Positions 16,659-25,617 of a DNA stretch of 32,139 bases are shown here, one piece after another; within the stretch, counting starts at the first letter, position 1; the number at the start of each line of letters is the position of its first letter. The translations under genes and the position numbers were made by a program. Origin of the DNA: Candidatus Tenebribacter mawsonii (GTDB lineage Bacteria; Cloacimonadota; Cloacimonadia; Cloacimonadales; TCS61); NCBI GenBank assembly GCA_030765665.1, contig JAVCCD010000120.1, forward strand, positions 1-32,139, read 5' to 3'. The notes beneath the pieces were generated by a model. That model was given only the letters and a program-made list of their open reading frames with translations, ran no database searches and was not told where the DNA came from.

Positions 16659-18308
16659 TTACATCTTTTTTGGTGAAGAAATTCCCATCAGATCAAGTGA
16701 AATAGAGATAACATTTTGAACTGCACTAATCAGGTATAACCTTGCTAAGCTTAAGTCAGCTTTTCCTTCATCAATAATTTTATACTTGGCGTAATATTTA
16801 TGGAACATTCCTGCTAGTTCATGAACATAGGCAGCAAGTCTGTGAGGTTCTCTATTATCAGCACAAAGGTTAAGCACGGAACCTAAGTCCATCATCTTCT
16901 TAATCAGGTTCAGTTCGTCAGCTTTATTCAATTTACTTAAGTTCTTAACATCGAATTTTTTTAGTGATAATTTCACTTTTTTTGCTTTTTTTATAATACT
17001 ATTAATTCGTGCATATGCGTACTGACAGTAGAACACTGGATTTTCACTTGATTTTTTCTTTGCTAATTCTAGATCAAAATCTAGGTGAGCTGATGGTTTT
17101 CTGTTAATGAAGAAATAACGGGCAGCATCTTTTCCAACTTCATCTAGTAAGTCATCCATTGAAACGATTTTACCAGCGCGTTTAGACATCTTAACAACTT
17201 CACCATCTTGCAGAAGGTTTATATGTTGTAGAAAAACAACTTCCAGTTTGGAGTCATCAAGTTCCAGAGCTTTAATTGCTGCTCTTAGCTTTGATACATG
17301 TCCGTGATGATCTGGTCCTAAAACATCAATAATAATATCAAAACCACGGTTATATTTAGTTAGATGATAAGCAATATCTGGAACAAGATATGTGGGATTT
17401 CCATCAGCTTTAATAAGTACACGATCTTTTACATCACCAAATTTGGTGGAAGAGAAGAAAACTGCATCATCTTTCTCATAGGTGCAACCCGCTTCTGCTA
17501 GATAGCTTAATGCTTCTTCAAGTATCCCTTCTAAACGAAGTTTTTTCTCAGACATCCAATTATCAAATTGTACATCAAATCTATCTAAGCTAGCAACTTG
17601 CATTCTATGAATCTCAGCTAAAGCGAAAGTTTTCATCCGATCTAAACGATCTTCTTCAGTCATATGAAAAAGTTTAGTTCCCTCAATTGTATTGAGTTCA
17701 ACAGCAAGATCTTTTATATACTCTCCATGATACGCTTCAAAAGGAAATTCTTCAATAGAATGACCATGTAATTCTCGATATCTTATCTCAAGAGATTCAG
17801 CAAAAATATCGACTTGATTTCCAGCATCATTTACATAAAACTCACGAAATGGTTCAAATCCGATATGTCCCATAATACGGAAAAGAGTGTCTCCGTAGGC
17901 ACCTGCACGAGCGCTAACAATATTCAGAGGTCCTGTAGGATTGGCACTGATGAACTCAATAAGGACTTTTTTCTTTTGACCATAATTTGAAGATCCGTAA
18001 TCTTTCTGTTCTGCGATTATATTTTTTAGTTCTTTATAATACAGATGATTTGCTAACTTAAAATTAAGAAAACCGGGACCTGCAATTTCGATTGATTTGT
18101 AATCCTTCTTTTTAGAAAGATCATCGGCAATTTTTTGGGCTAGATCACGAGGTTTAATTTTAATGATTTTTGTGTTTATAAGAGCAACATTACTAGAAAA
18201 ATCACCATGTTCAATGATGTTTGGAATCTCAACAGTAAACTCATCGCTACAATTAACATTTATCTTTTTTAAAGATGTTAATATATCATCATAAATTTTT
18301 ATTTTCAT
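16659..18308 (-). CDS. argS: Arginine--tRNA ligase
   Basis: Full-length ArgRS pattern: N-terminal Add-1-like domain, SANPTGPL segment, KMSKRAG motif and a C-terminal DALR anticodon-binding domain ending ..GISSPKKM. The HIGH position is atypical (see findings). Confidence 0.95.
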   Translation of the reverse strand: MKIKIYDDILTSLKKINVNCSDEFTVEIPNIIEHGDFSSNVALINTKIIKIKPRDLAQKIADDLSKKKDYKSIEIAGPGFLNFKLANHLYYKELKNIIAEQKDYGSSNYGQKKKVLIEFISANPTGPLNIVSARAGAYGDTLFRIMGHIGFEPFREFYVNDAGNQVDIFAESLEIRYRELHGHSIEEFPFEAYHGEYIKDLAVELNTIEGTKLFHMTEEDRLDRMKTFALAEIHRMQVASLDRFDVQFDNWMSEKKLRLEGILEEALSYLAEAGCTYEKDDAVFFSSTKFGDVKDRVLIKADGNPTYLVPDIAYHLTKYNRGFDIIIDVLGPDHHGHVSKLRAAIKALELDDSKLEVVFLQHINLLQDGEVVKMSKRAGKIVSMDDLLDEVGKDAARYFFINRKPSAHLDFDLELAKKKSSENPVFYCQYAYARINSIIKKAKKVKLSLKKFDVKNLSKLNKADELNLIKKMMDLGSVLNLCADNREPHRLAAYVHELAGMFHKYYAKYKIIDEGKADLSLARLYLISAVQNVISISLDLMGISSPKKM

Positions 18309-18314
18309 AGTTTA

Positions 18315-18665
18315 TTATTCTTTAATTTCCTTATTTATTCTGGAATCTACAGTATAAAGGTCTTCGATTTTGTAATATTCTCGTTTATCCTGGCTAAAAA
18401 TATGAACAATAAAGTCACCAAAATCTATTAATATCCATGTACTGGAATTTTTACCTTCAGAAGAGAGAATTTCCAACCCATTAGTTTTTGCATTAAAAAT
18501 AATATTCTCTGCAATTGCTTTGTTATGCAGTTCTGCGGTTCCACTACAGATTATCAAGTGGTCAGTAAAATCTGTCTCTCCGGTTACATCAATATGCTTT
18601 ATATCTACGGCTTTTTTTTCTTCCATCCAATTTATTATATTGGCAATAGCTTGTTTTTGTTCCAT
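18315..18665 (-). CDS. rsfS: Ribosome silencing factor RsfS
   Basis: 116 aa with ..DHLIICSGTAELHNKAIAENI...WILIDFGDFIVHIFSQDKREYYKIEDLY, typical of RsfS/Iojap. Confidence 0.9.
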   Translation of the reverse strand: MEQKQAIANIINWMEEKKAVDIKHIDVTGETDFTDHLIICSGTAELHNKAIAENIIFNAKTNGLEILSSEGKNSSTWILIDFGDFIVHIFSQDKREYYKIEDLYTVDSRINKEIKE

Positions 18666-18671
18666 AATCTC

Positions 18672-19121
18672 CTATCTAAAAAACGTTCGGTAATCTCTAC
18701 CTAAAATTATCTGAAAATCTTCAATTGTATTTTCATTAAATGCGTAAATTCTTCTTGAGATTCCGGTAATTTCCATTAAATATTTTAATTTATTTTCATC
18801 ATTTCTTTTTACAACAATTATCGTTTTACCGTAAATGAATTTATTGCTTTTGACATTTTTCCACGATATTACGTCAATGTTTTCATAATTTTTATTAAGA
18901 ATATTGTCCTTAGCTTCACCAGCTGCACCTTTAATCCCACATCCATTTAGAATTGATAATTTAAGGGAACTAACATCAATAATTTCAATTTTAATTTCTT
19001 CACTAACTTTTTTATTAAAGAACTTAAAATAAGATGCTACAATAATAAGTAGTAAAGCCGTAATACCTATTAATAATGCACGTTTATCTATACGAAACAA
19101 TTTATTTTTCGGTTTTCTCAT
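18672..19121 (-). CDS. LytR_C-domain membrane-anchored protein
   Basis: N-terminal TM, then LSILNGCGIKGAAGEAKDNI...IILGRDY, the LytR C-terminal domain pattern. ATG at 19121 is preferred over the TTG at 19160 and still overlaps the HIT gene by 20 nt. Confidence 0.65.
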   Translation of the reverse strand: MRKPKNKLFRIDKRALLIGITALLLIIVASYFKFFNKKVSEEIKIEIIDVSSLKLSILNGCGIKGAAGEAKDNILNKNYENIDVISWKNVKSNKFIYGKTIIVVKRNDENKLKYLMEITGISRRIYAFNENTIEDFQIILGRDYRTFFR

Positions 19122-19599
19122 TGTCAAATTGTTCTTTGAGTTTAGAATATGCTTGTTCAAAAGATTCAGGAATCACCCGAGTTCCACCAATTGTAGACAT
19201 AAAATTTACATCTCCATTCCAACGCGGAACAATATGTACATGAAGATGTTCATCAATACCTGCTCCTGCAGCTTTCTCAAGATTCATGCCAACATTCATT
19301 CCGTCGGGTGAATAAACTTTAGTTACTACCTTTTCACATAATTGTACAGTTCCAAATAAATCATTAATCTCATCTTTGTTTAGTCCATTCAAATTTGGAA
19401 CGTGTTTTAAGGGGACTACCATTAAATGACCGTTATTGTAAGGGAAAATATTCATAATTACAAAACATGAGTTGCTTCGGAAAAGTATCAAATGCTTTTT
19501 ATCCTTTTCTTCAGAAGGTTTAGTACAGAAAATACATTCTTCATCTTTATTAGATAAAATATATTGTAACCTCCATGGAGAATATAAAATATCATTCAT
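19102..19599 (-). CDS. HIT-family protein (Ap4A phosphorylase / nucleotidyl-transferase-like branch)
   Basis: Histidine triad HLHVHIVPRW, NIFPYNNGHLMVVP, and N-terminal SPWRLQY. Confidence 0.85.
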   Translation of the reverse strand: MNDILYSPWRLQYILSNKDEECIFCTKPSEEKDKKHLILFRSNSCFVIMNIFPYNNGHLMVVPLKHVPNLNGLNKDEINDLFGTVQLCEKVVTKVYSPDGMNVGMNLEKAAGAGIDEHLHVHIVPRWNGDVNFMSTIGGTRVIPESFEQAYSKLKEQFDNEKTEK

Positions 19600-19642
19600 A
19601 TTTTACTCCTTATGTTTCTCATCTTCATTTCTATCAGCGAAT

Positions 19643-20398
19643 TTATCTTTCAAAATGCTGTTGCCTGCTTAAAAATTCAGTTTCCAAGACTGCTAATTGC
19701 TCTTTAGAATTTACTCCTGATGCTTCTACCATATCATCAAGAATAACCGAAGTAACCATTTTGTGTTGCGTATTCAAAATTTCTAAAGTATCGGTTAAAT
19801 AATATTCATTTTGATTATTATTGTTATCAATATTTTGCAATGCATCAAAAAGATCTTTAGCATCAAAACAATAAATTCCTGTATTTATCTCTTTGATCTC
19901 TTTTTCCACTTTAGTTGCATCTTTAAATTCTACTATCCTTTGTACATCACCTTTTGCATTTCTAATTATTCTTCCATACTTAAGCGCATCATCCATTGTG
20001 GCAGTGAGCACTGTGCAAGAAGCATTTTTCTCTCGATGTTGCTGCCGGATTTTCTCAAGAGTTTTATATCTGAGAAGAGGAACATCTCCACAAAGAATGA
20101 AGATATCTCCATCAAAATCTTTAAAGATGTTTTGGGTTACAATTATAGCATGTCCCGTTCCGTTTTGTTGTACCTGTTCAATAAATTTTATGTTCTTATT
20201 TTTTGGAACGACATCAATCACCTGGTTTTTTTTGTAACCAACAACAATTGCAATGATATCACTGTTTATTTTGTTAGCAGTTTGTACAACCCTGTTAATC
20301 ATAGGTTTTCCAGCTAGTTCAAATATCACTTTTGGTTTATCTGACTTCATACGTGTACCTTTGCCGGCAGCCAGGATAATTGTAGCTGTTTGTTTCAT
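19643..20398 (-). CDS. Sugar-1-phosphate nucleotidyltransferase resembling the GlmU N-terminal domain only
   Basis: ILAAGKGTRMKS, QNGTGHA, LCGDVPL and NTGIYCF resemble the GlmU uridyltransferase domain. At 251 aa it has no left-handed beta-helix acetyltransferase domain. Confidence 0.8.
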   Translation of the reverse strand: MKQTATIILAAGKGTRMKSDKPKVIFELAGKPMINRVVQTANKINSDIIAIVVGYKKNQVIDVVPKNKNIKFIEQVQQNGTGHAIIVTQNIFKDFDGDIFILCGDVPLLRYKTLEKIRQQHREKNASCTVLTATMDDALKYGRIIRNAKGDVQRIVEFKDATKVEKEIKEINTGIYCFDAKDLFDALQNIDNNNNQNEYYLTDTLEILNTQHKMVTSVILDDMVEASGVNSKEQLAVLETEFLSRQQHFER

Positions 20399-20850
20399 TT
20401 AATCTCCATAAATAGTTCGGTAATTTTTTTTTTTAATATTGGATGAAAAAGATTTGGGCACAACTCATTAAGAGATGTTAAAACAAATTCTCTTTTATGT
20501 AGTTCAGGGTGGGGAAGAATTAAAATTTCACTATTTATTACTTTATTTCCGTATATTAACATATCTATGTCTATCGTTCTAGGTCCCCATTTCTCTTTTC
20601 TGATGCGACCGAGTTGATCTTCAATTTCTAAACATTTTTTTAATAGAATTTCCGGTTCTAAATTCGTATTGAGCTCAATAACACAATTAAGAAAATATGG
20701 TTGATCAGTTTTACCGTATGGTGCTGTTGTAATGAAAGTACTTGTTCTCAAAACTTCAACGTTTTCCAGCAAAGAAATCTGAGTAATAGCTTTTGTGATA
20801 TGTTTTTTTTTATCTCCGAGATTTGAGCCTAGACCTAAATAGCAGTTCAT
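20395..20850 (-). CDS. folK: 2-amino-4-hydroxy-6-hydroxymethyldihydropteridine diphosphokinase
   Basis: YLGLGSNLGD N-terminus, ...WGPRTIDIDML.. and LPHPELHKREFVL, typical of HPPK. 4-nt overlap with the downstream gene. Confidence 0.92.
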   Translation of the reverse strand: MNCYLGLGSNLGDKKKHITKAITQISLLENVEVLRTSTFITTAPYGKTDQPYFLNCVIELNTNLEPEILLKKCLEIEDQLGRIRKEKWGPRTIDIDMLIYGNKVINSEILILPHPELHKREFVLTSLNELCPNLFHPILKKKITELFMEIK

Positions 20851-20859
20851 TCACACTCT

Positions 20860-21216
20860 TTATCTATTTCTTTCCATTTCTACTTCAACAGAACCAAGAG
20901 AACCATTTATAGGAACTGAAGGTTTCTTGATCTTAACATTAGTGTAAACAATTGAAGGGAAAGATTCTAAGATAGAATCAAGAATTGTGTTAGCGCATAC
21001 TTCCAACAGGAAGAACTCACGCTCTTCTAAAGTATGTTTGATAATTGCGTAAACCCTTGTATAATCGACAGTATCTTCGAGGTTTTTAATTTCTTTATCA
21101 TGTTCATTTTTTGTTTCATATGAGAAATTAACAATAAATCTTTGACCAAGCTTTCTTTCTTCGGGATGAACACCATGATAACCGTAAAAAACCATTTCAT
21201 GTAAATGAATTTTCAT
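20860..21216 (-). CDS. folB: Dihydroneopterin aldolase
   Basis: 118 aa with FYGYHGVHPEERKLGQRF..DTVDYTRV, typical of FolB, and adjacent to folK. Confidence 0.9.
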   Translation of the reverse strand: MKIHLHEMVFYGYHGVHPEERKLGQRFIVNFSYETKNEHDKEIKNLEDTVDYTRVYAIIKHTLEEREFFLLEVCANTILDSILESFPSIVYTNVKIKKPSVPINGSLGSVEVEMERNR

Positions 21217-21234
21217 TCTCTACCTCTACTAATT

Positions 21235-21645
21235 TTAAAGCTTTTTAGTTACCTTAAAACTTAATTTATTTTCAAATTTTTTGTCTATCAGATAGATGAA
21301 CAGTCCACTAATTAACAAGCCAAATAGTGAAATGACAATTGAAAGATCTTCATTTAGTATAAATAAATATTTGCTGATTAAATAAAATGAAAGCATTAAT
21401 AATATTGGGAAAATAAAAACTACGAAAGAAGAAAATATTCGCAAAGATGGCGCAATATCAACATTAACCCTATCACCAACAATAAGTTGCTGATCTGTTC
21501 TAATTTTATGAAGTATGGTTTTTTCATTGGAATTGCAAATTCCACTTACAGCACAAGCATCGCAAGATCCCGTTCTCTCAACTTCTACATGTACAAGATT
21601 ACCATCAACTTTGCGAACAATTGCTATATCTTCATGATTATCCAT
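21235..21645 (-). CDS. RseC/MucC-family small membrane protein
   Basis: N-terminal soluble part with a Cys cluster (GSCDACAVSGIC) followed by two TM helices, the RseC/MucC layout. Confidence 0.65.
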   Translation of the reverse strand: MDNHEDIAIVRKVDGNLVHVEVERTGSCDACAVSGICNSNEKTILHKIRTDQQLIVGDRVNVDIAPSLRIFSSFVVFIFPILLMLSFYLISKYLFILNEDLSIVISLFGLLISGLFIYLIDKKFENKLSFKVTKKL

Positions 21646-21648
21646 TTT

Positions 21649-22122
21649 CTATTTCACTCTCAATTTTTCAATTATATCTGTTGTGGATTTCCCTTCAATA
21701 AAAGATAGACTTTTCACTTCTCCATTATAAGAATTTACAATGTCTTGCCCTACTATCTCTTCGGGTTTCCAATCTCCACCTTTTACTAAAACATCCGGTT
21801 TTATTATTTCAATTAGTTCATAGGGTGTATCTTCATCAAAAATTACAATATACGATACTGAGCAAAGAGCAGATAGAACTACCGCTCTGTCATGTTCATT
21901 GTTAATCGGACGGTCATTACCTTTAAGTCTTTTTACGGAAGAGTCACTATTTAAACCAAGGATAAGAATATCACCAAGTTCTTTTGCTTCTGCCAAATAT
22001 TTAACATGCCCAGCATGCAGTATATCAAAGCATCCATTTGTAAAGACGATTTTCTTATTATTACTTTTGAGCTCTTTGACTATACTTGTAATTTCTTCCC
22101 ATGTTTTTAATTTAGATTTCAT
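21649..22122 (-). CDS. rfaE2: D-glycero-beta-D-manno-heptose 1-phosphate adenylyltransferase (stand-alone RfaE domain II)
   Basis: Cytidylyltransferase-fold motif FTNGCFDILHAGHVKYL, ..LNSDSSVKRLKG..RPI.., KGGDW. 4-nt ATGA overlap with purF. Confidence 0.88.
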   Translation of the reverse strand: MKSKLKTWEEITSIVKELKSNNKKIVFTNGCFDILHAGHVKYLAEAKELGDILILGLNSDSSVKRLKGNDRPINNEHDRAVVLSALCSVSYIVIFDEDTPYELIEIIKPDVLVKGGDWKPEEIVGQDIVNSYNGEVKSLSFIEGKSTTDIIEKLRVK

Positions 22123-23480
22123 AATATCGGATATCTCCCATCAAAACAAGCATAACAATAATTTTCTGGTTTTGAAACTGCTTTCTTTAATTGCTCTATC
22201 TCAAGATATTTCAGAGAATCGGAACCAATATACTTTTGGATTTCTTCAACTGATTTATTGTTTGCAATTAACTCTTTTCGGTTTGGAGTATCAATTCCAT
22301 AATAACAAGAATTCATAACTGCTGGTGAGCCAATACGAAGATGGATCTCTTTTGCTCCTGCTTTACGAACAAGTTTTACAATTTTACGAAGTGTGGTTCC
22401 TCTTACAATAGAATCATCTACAAGTGTAACAATTTTATCTTTAAAAAAATTTGGTAGTGGATTGAATTTCTGATAAACGCTTTCATCCCGTATTGTTTGT
22501 TCGGGTTTAATGAATGTTCTCCCTACGTAGTGATTTCTGATCAATCCCATTTCATAAGGTTTCTTTTTATATTTTGCATAACCCAGTGCAATGAAATTCG
22601 AGGAATCGGGAACAGGGACAACTACATCAGGGACCACATCATCATTTTCTGCAATTATGGCTCCAATCTTTTCCCTTACATCATATACGTTTTCTTCGAA
22701 GATAACGCTATCTGGTCTAGAAAAATAAATATGTTCAAAAATGCAATGTTTATTAGTTTTAGTATCGCGATATTTATTAGGATCGTTTTCGATATTTGTT
22801 ATCCCATCATTGTTAACAACTATTATCTCCGCTGGATTTACTTCTTTGATCCAATCCATATAAAGAATATCAAGAGCACAGCTTTCGGAAGCTACTACAA
22901 CTGCACCATCTTTAGTTTTGCCATAACTCATTGGGCGAAAACCATAAGCATCACGAAAAAGATACATTTCAGTTTTTGTGGCAAGAATTGTTGAAAAGGC
23001 ACCTTTTACATATTCCAGCAATTTTCTAATAGCATCAGGAATTGTATAATTTTCACGTTCAACATGATAAACAATATATTTAAGTATTAGTTCACCATCA
23101 TTTCCACTGGCAAAATAAACTCCCTTTTCTTCAAGCAAGGCTCTAATCTCTTTATAGTTTATAATGTCTCCATTACTTGAAAGCGCATAAGATTGACCTG
23201 AAAGTGTTTCTACAATATGAGGTTGAGAATTATATACTGATGAAGCTCCACGCGTAGGATAACGAACGTGACCTATAGCAATATTACCTTCTAATAGCTT
23301 GATCTTATCAGGAGTGAAAACATCTTTAACCAATCCCATTTTTTTACGTAGCTTAATTGTGGTTCCATTATTAACAGCCATACCACAACTTTCTTGACCT
23401 CTGTGTTGTTCAGCAAAAAGTCCTAGGGTTGCCATATGAGCAGCATTTTCATTTCCGAAAATTCCGATGATTCCACACAT
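22119..23480 (-). CDS. purF: Amidophosphoribosyltransferase
   Basis: MCGIIGIF N-terminal nucleophile, PRPP-binding VTLVDDSIVRGTT, and C-terminal CYACFDGRYP. Confidence 0.97.
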   Translation of the reverse strand: MCGIIGIFGNENAAHMATLGLFAEQHRGQESCGMAVNNGTTIKLRKKMGLVKDVFTPDKIKLLEGNIAIGHVRYPTRGASSVYNSQPHIVETLSGQSYALSSNGDIINYKEIRALLEEKGVYFASGNDGELILKYIVYHVERENYTIPDAIRKLLEYVKGAFSTILATKTEMYLFRDAYGFRPMSYGKTKDGAVVVASESCALDILYMDWIKEVNPAEIIVVNNDGITNIENDPNKYRDTKTNKHCIFEHIYFSRPDSVIFEENVYDVREKIGAIIAENDDVVPDVVVPVPDSSNFIALGYAKYKKKPYEMGLIRNHYVGRTFIKPEQTIRDESVYQKFNPLPNFFKDKIVTLVDDSIVRGTTLRKIVKLVRKAGAKEIHLRIGSPAVMNSCYYGIDTPNRKELIANNKSVEEIQKYIGSDSLKYLEIEQLKKAVSKPENYCYACFDGRYPIL

Positions 23481-23492
23481 TTTTGCTCCAGA

Positions 23493-24107
23493 TTATTTTT
23501 TCTTAAAACTAATTTTATTCTCATTGCCATTAATTAGTCGTTGAATATTAGATTTATGTCTGATAATTATGAAGAGTGCAATAATAAATGTAAAAATGAG
23601 AATTTCCAGCTTAGCAAAAGAATTAAACATATTAATCGTTAACTCAGCAATAAATAACGTAAAAGCAGCTAATATTGAACCGAGAGATACGAATTTGCTT
23701 AACCAAACCGTAACAACAAACACTAATAATGCTATAGCTATTGGAATTGGAACCAGAGCAATAAAAACTCCCGCCGAAGTAGCCACTCCTTTCCCTCCCT
23801 TAAACATGAGAAAAATTGTAAAGATATGACCAATTATAGCAAACAACCCTGTAATAATCATGATTAGATCGGTTGTCTCATTAATAATAAGCTTAGCAAT
23901 GTTCACAGCAAGAAAACCTTTGCCGATATCTATTATCAGAGTTATAATGCCAATTTTTGTTCCTAGTATACGCAAAGCATTTGTAGCTCCTACGTTTCCA
24001 CTACCGAAATCACGTATATCAATTCCCTTTAAAAGCTTACCCATTATATAGCTTGTTGGAATACTTCCTAAAATATATGCTACAAAAAGAACAATTATGA
24101 TCTTCAT
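23493..24107 (-). CDS. plsY: Glycerol-3-phosphate acyltransferase PlsY
   Basis: YILGSIPTSYI, GSGNVGATNALR and FKGGKGVATSAG motifs in a multi-TM protein. 4-nt overlap with der. Confidence 0.95.
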   Translation of the reverse strand: MKIIIVLFVAYILGSIPTSYIMGKLLKGIDIRDFGSGNVGATNALRILGTKIGIITLIIDIGKGFLAVNIAKLIINETTDLIMIITGLFAIIGHIFTIFLMFKGGKGVATSAGVFIALVPIPIAIALLVFVVTVWLSKFVSLGSILAAFTLFIAELTINMFNSFAKLEILIFTFIIALFIIIRHKSNIQRLINGNENKISFKKK

Positions 24108-25429
24108 AATTCCTTTTCTCTACTTCTGAAAATTGTTTTTATTGTAGCTCCACTGAATTTGAATTCATCACGAAGTTGATTATTTAAATATCGCTTATAA
24201 TGCGTGGTTATGAGTTTTGTATTATTGCAGAAGAACACAAACGTTGGTGGTTGTGTTTTTACTTGTGAACAGTAATAGATCATTGAATGCTTACCACTAG
24301 AATGTGATGGTGGAAATTTAGCTGTAACTTTCTGTAGAAATTTGTTAAGTTGGCTTGTTGGGATTCGCTTCTTGCTTTCCTCATCAACTTGAAGTAATAA
24401 TTCATAAATTTTATGTGCACGTTGTCCGGTTAGAGCAGAAATGAAGATTACTGGAGCAAATTCAACAAACTTTAATTCACTCTTAATTTTTTCAATATAT
24501 TTTCCAATTGTCGAATTATCTTTTTCTATCAAATCCCACTTATTATATATAAGAATAATTTCTTTATAATTTCTAGCGGCGTAGGATGCTATTCTTTGAT
24601 CTTGAGTCGAAATGTCATCATTTGCATCAAGTAATAACAGTACAATATCTGCACGGTTAATGCTCTCTATTGTTCTCATTGTACTAAAATACTCAACCCC
24701 ATATTTAATTCGTTTTTTACGTCTCAAACCGGCAGTATCAATAAATGTGAATTTCTTGTTCTTATACTTTAAATTTAAATCAATTGAATCACGTGTTGTG
24801 CCCGGAATATCTGTTACAATATTTCCTTCTGTACCGGATAAACGGTTTACCAAAGATGATTTGCCCACATTAGGTTTCCCTACAATTGCAACCTTAATAA
24901 CATCTTCCTCAACAATTTCATCAGCAGAAAGCGTATCAATATTTTTTACTACTTCATCAAGGAAGTTACCCGTATTTCGTCCATGAATTGCAGCAATTGG
25001 GAACGGATCTCCGAACCCAAGTTGTAGAAATTCAAAAACCTCTAGTTCGTCTTTTTCGTTATCAACTTTATTTGCAACCAATAAAACCTTTTCGCGGTAT
25101 GGAGACAAAATCTTTGCTACTTCCATATCGATTGCAGTTGTACCTGTTTTTATGTCTACAACAAACAATATAAAATCCGCTTCTTCTATAGCTATTTCTG
25201 CTTGGAATTTAACAGCTTTATCAATGCTGTTGCTCGATTTTGGAATTATTCCACCAGTGTCAACAACTACAAAATTATGTCCGCTCCACTCCGCTTCTTC
25301 ATACTTTCGATCTCTGGTTACACCTTCTTCAAAATCTACAATTGCACTACGTTTTCGGCATATTCTATTAAACAGGGTTGACTTTCCTACATTGGGTCTA
25401 CCGACGATTGCTACAATACTTTTTCTCAT
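24104..25429 (-). CDS. der: Ribosome biogenesis GTPase Der (EngA)
   Basis: Two tandem GTPase domains (GRPNVGKSTLFNR; GKPNVGKSSLVNR) plus a KH-like C-terminal domain. Confidence 0.97.
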   Translation of the reverse strand: MRKSIVAIVGRPNVGKSTLFNRICRKRSAIVDFEEGVTRDRKYEEAEWSGHNFVVVDTGGIIPKSSNSIDKAVKFQAEIAIEEADFILFVVDIKTGTTAIDMEVAKILSPYREKVLLVANKVDNEKDELEVFEFLQLGFGDPFPIAAIHGRNTGNFLDEVVKNIDTLSADEIVEEDVIKVAIVGKPNVGKSSLVNRLSGTEGNIVTDIPGTTRDSIDLNLKYKNKKFTFIDTAGLRRKKRIKYGVEYFSTMRTIESINRADIVLLLLDANDDISTQDQRIASYAARNYKEIILIYNKWDLIEKDNSTIGKYIEKIKSELKFVEFAPVIFISALTGQRAHKIYELLLQVDEESKKRIPTSQLNKFLQKVTAKFPPSHSSGKHSMIYYCSQVKTQPPTFVFFCNNTKLITTHYKRYLNNQLRDEFKFSGATIKTIFRSREKEL

Positions 25430-25491
25430 AAATTATTATTACCTTTTTAACACTCTGAATTTAATGGTCAATCTTTGTTCAAAGCTGAATC

Positions 25492-25497
25492 TGTCAA
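25492..25497 (-). promoter_or_regulatory. -35-like TTGACA upstream of der (minus strand)
   Basis: Perfect TTGACA on the minus strand. A second candidate, TTGACC-N16-TAAAAA preceded by TG-n, lies closer to the der ATG. Neither is verified. Confidence 0.25.
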
Positions 25498-25556
25498 ATG
25501 AAATGATATAACGAATTTAAAACTATAGCCTTAAATTAATTATAATTTGAAAGCCC

Positions 25557-25562
25557 TTGACA
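25557..25562 (+). promoter_or_regulatory. -35-like TTGACA upstream of tldD
   Basis: Perfect TTGACA 55 nt upstream of the ATG at 25618. No canonical -10 at 17+/-1 nt (that position reads TTTTTC). Confidence 0.3.
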
Positions 25563-25617
25563 CAATAGTTTGTTTGAAATTTTTCAACTAAAATAAAATG
25601 TTAGTTTAGGAGGCATT

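Noticed and set aside
19102-19160. 59-nt overlap between the HIT gene and the LytR_C gene in the ORF track.
   Set aside because: The 19160 start is a TTG. Using the in-frame ATG at 19121 reduces the overlap to 20 nt, so this is probably a start-codon artefact rather than unusual biology.
19811-20317. Long antisense ORFs inside well-supported genes: 19811-20317 and 19893-20237 opposite the glmU-like gene, 22497-22994 and 21899-22318 opposite purF/rfaE2, 24612-24986 and 25152-25511 opposite der, 8874-9200 opposite batC, 13944-14225, 10814-11071, 7935-8180 and others.
   Set aside because: Their translations are low-complexity and rich in F/I/L/S/C, they lack SD sites, and they lie wholly within genes that have clear family motifs on the other strand. 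This is typical of stop-poor antisense frames.
20424-20434. Homopolymers in coding sequence as possible phase-variation switches: T11 at 20424-20434 and T9 at 20803-20811 in folK, A9 at 2596-2604, A9 at 5660-5668.
   Set aside because: They encode Lys (or Phe) runs in an AT-rich genome and occur in housekeeping genes such as folK. There is no evidence of length heterogeneity from a single sequence.
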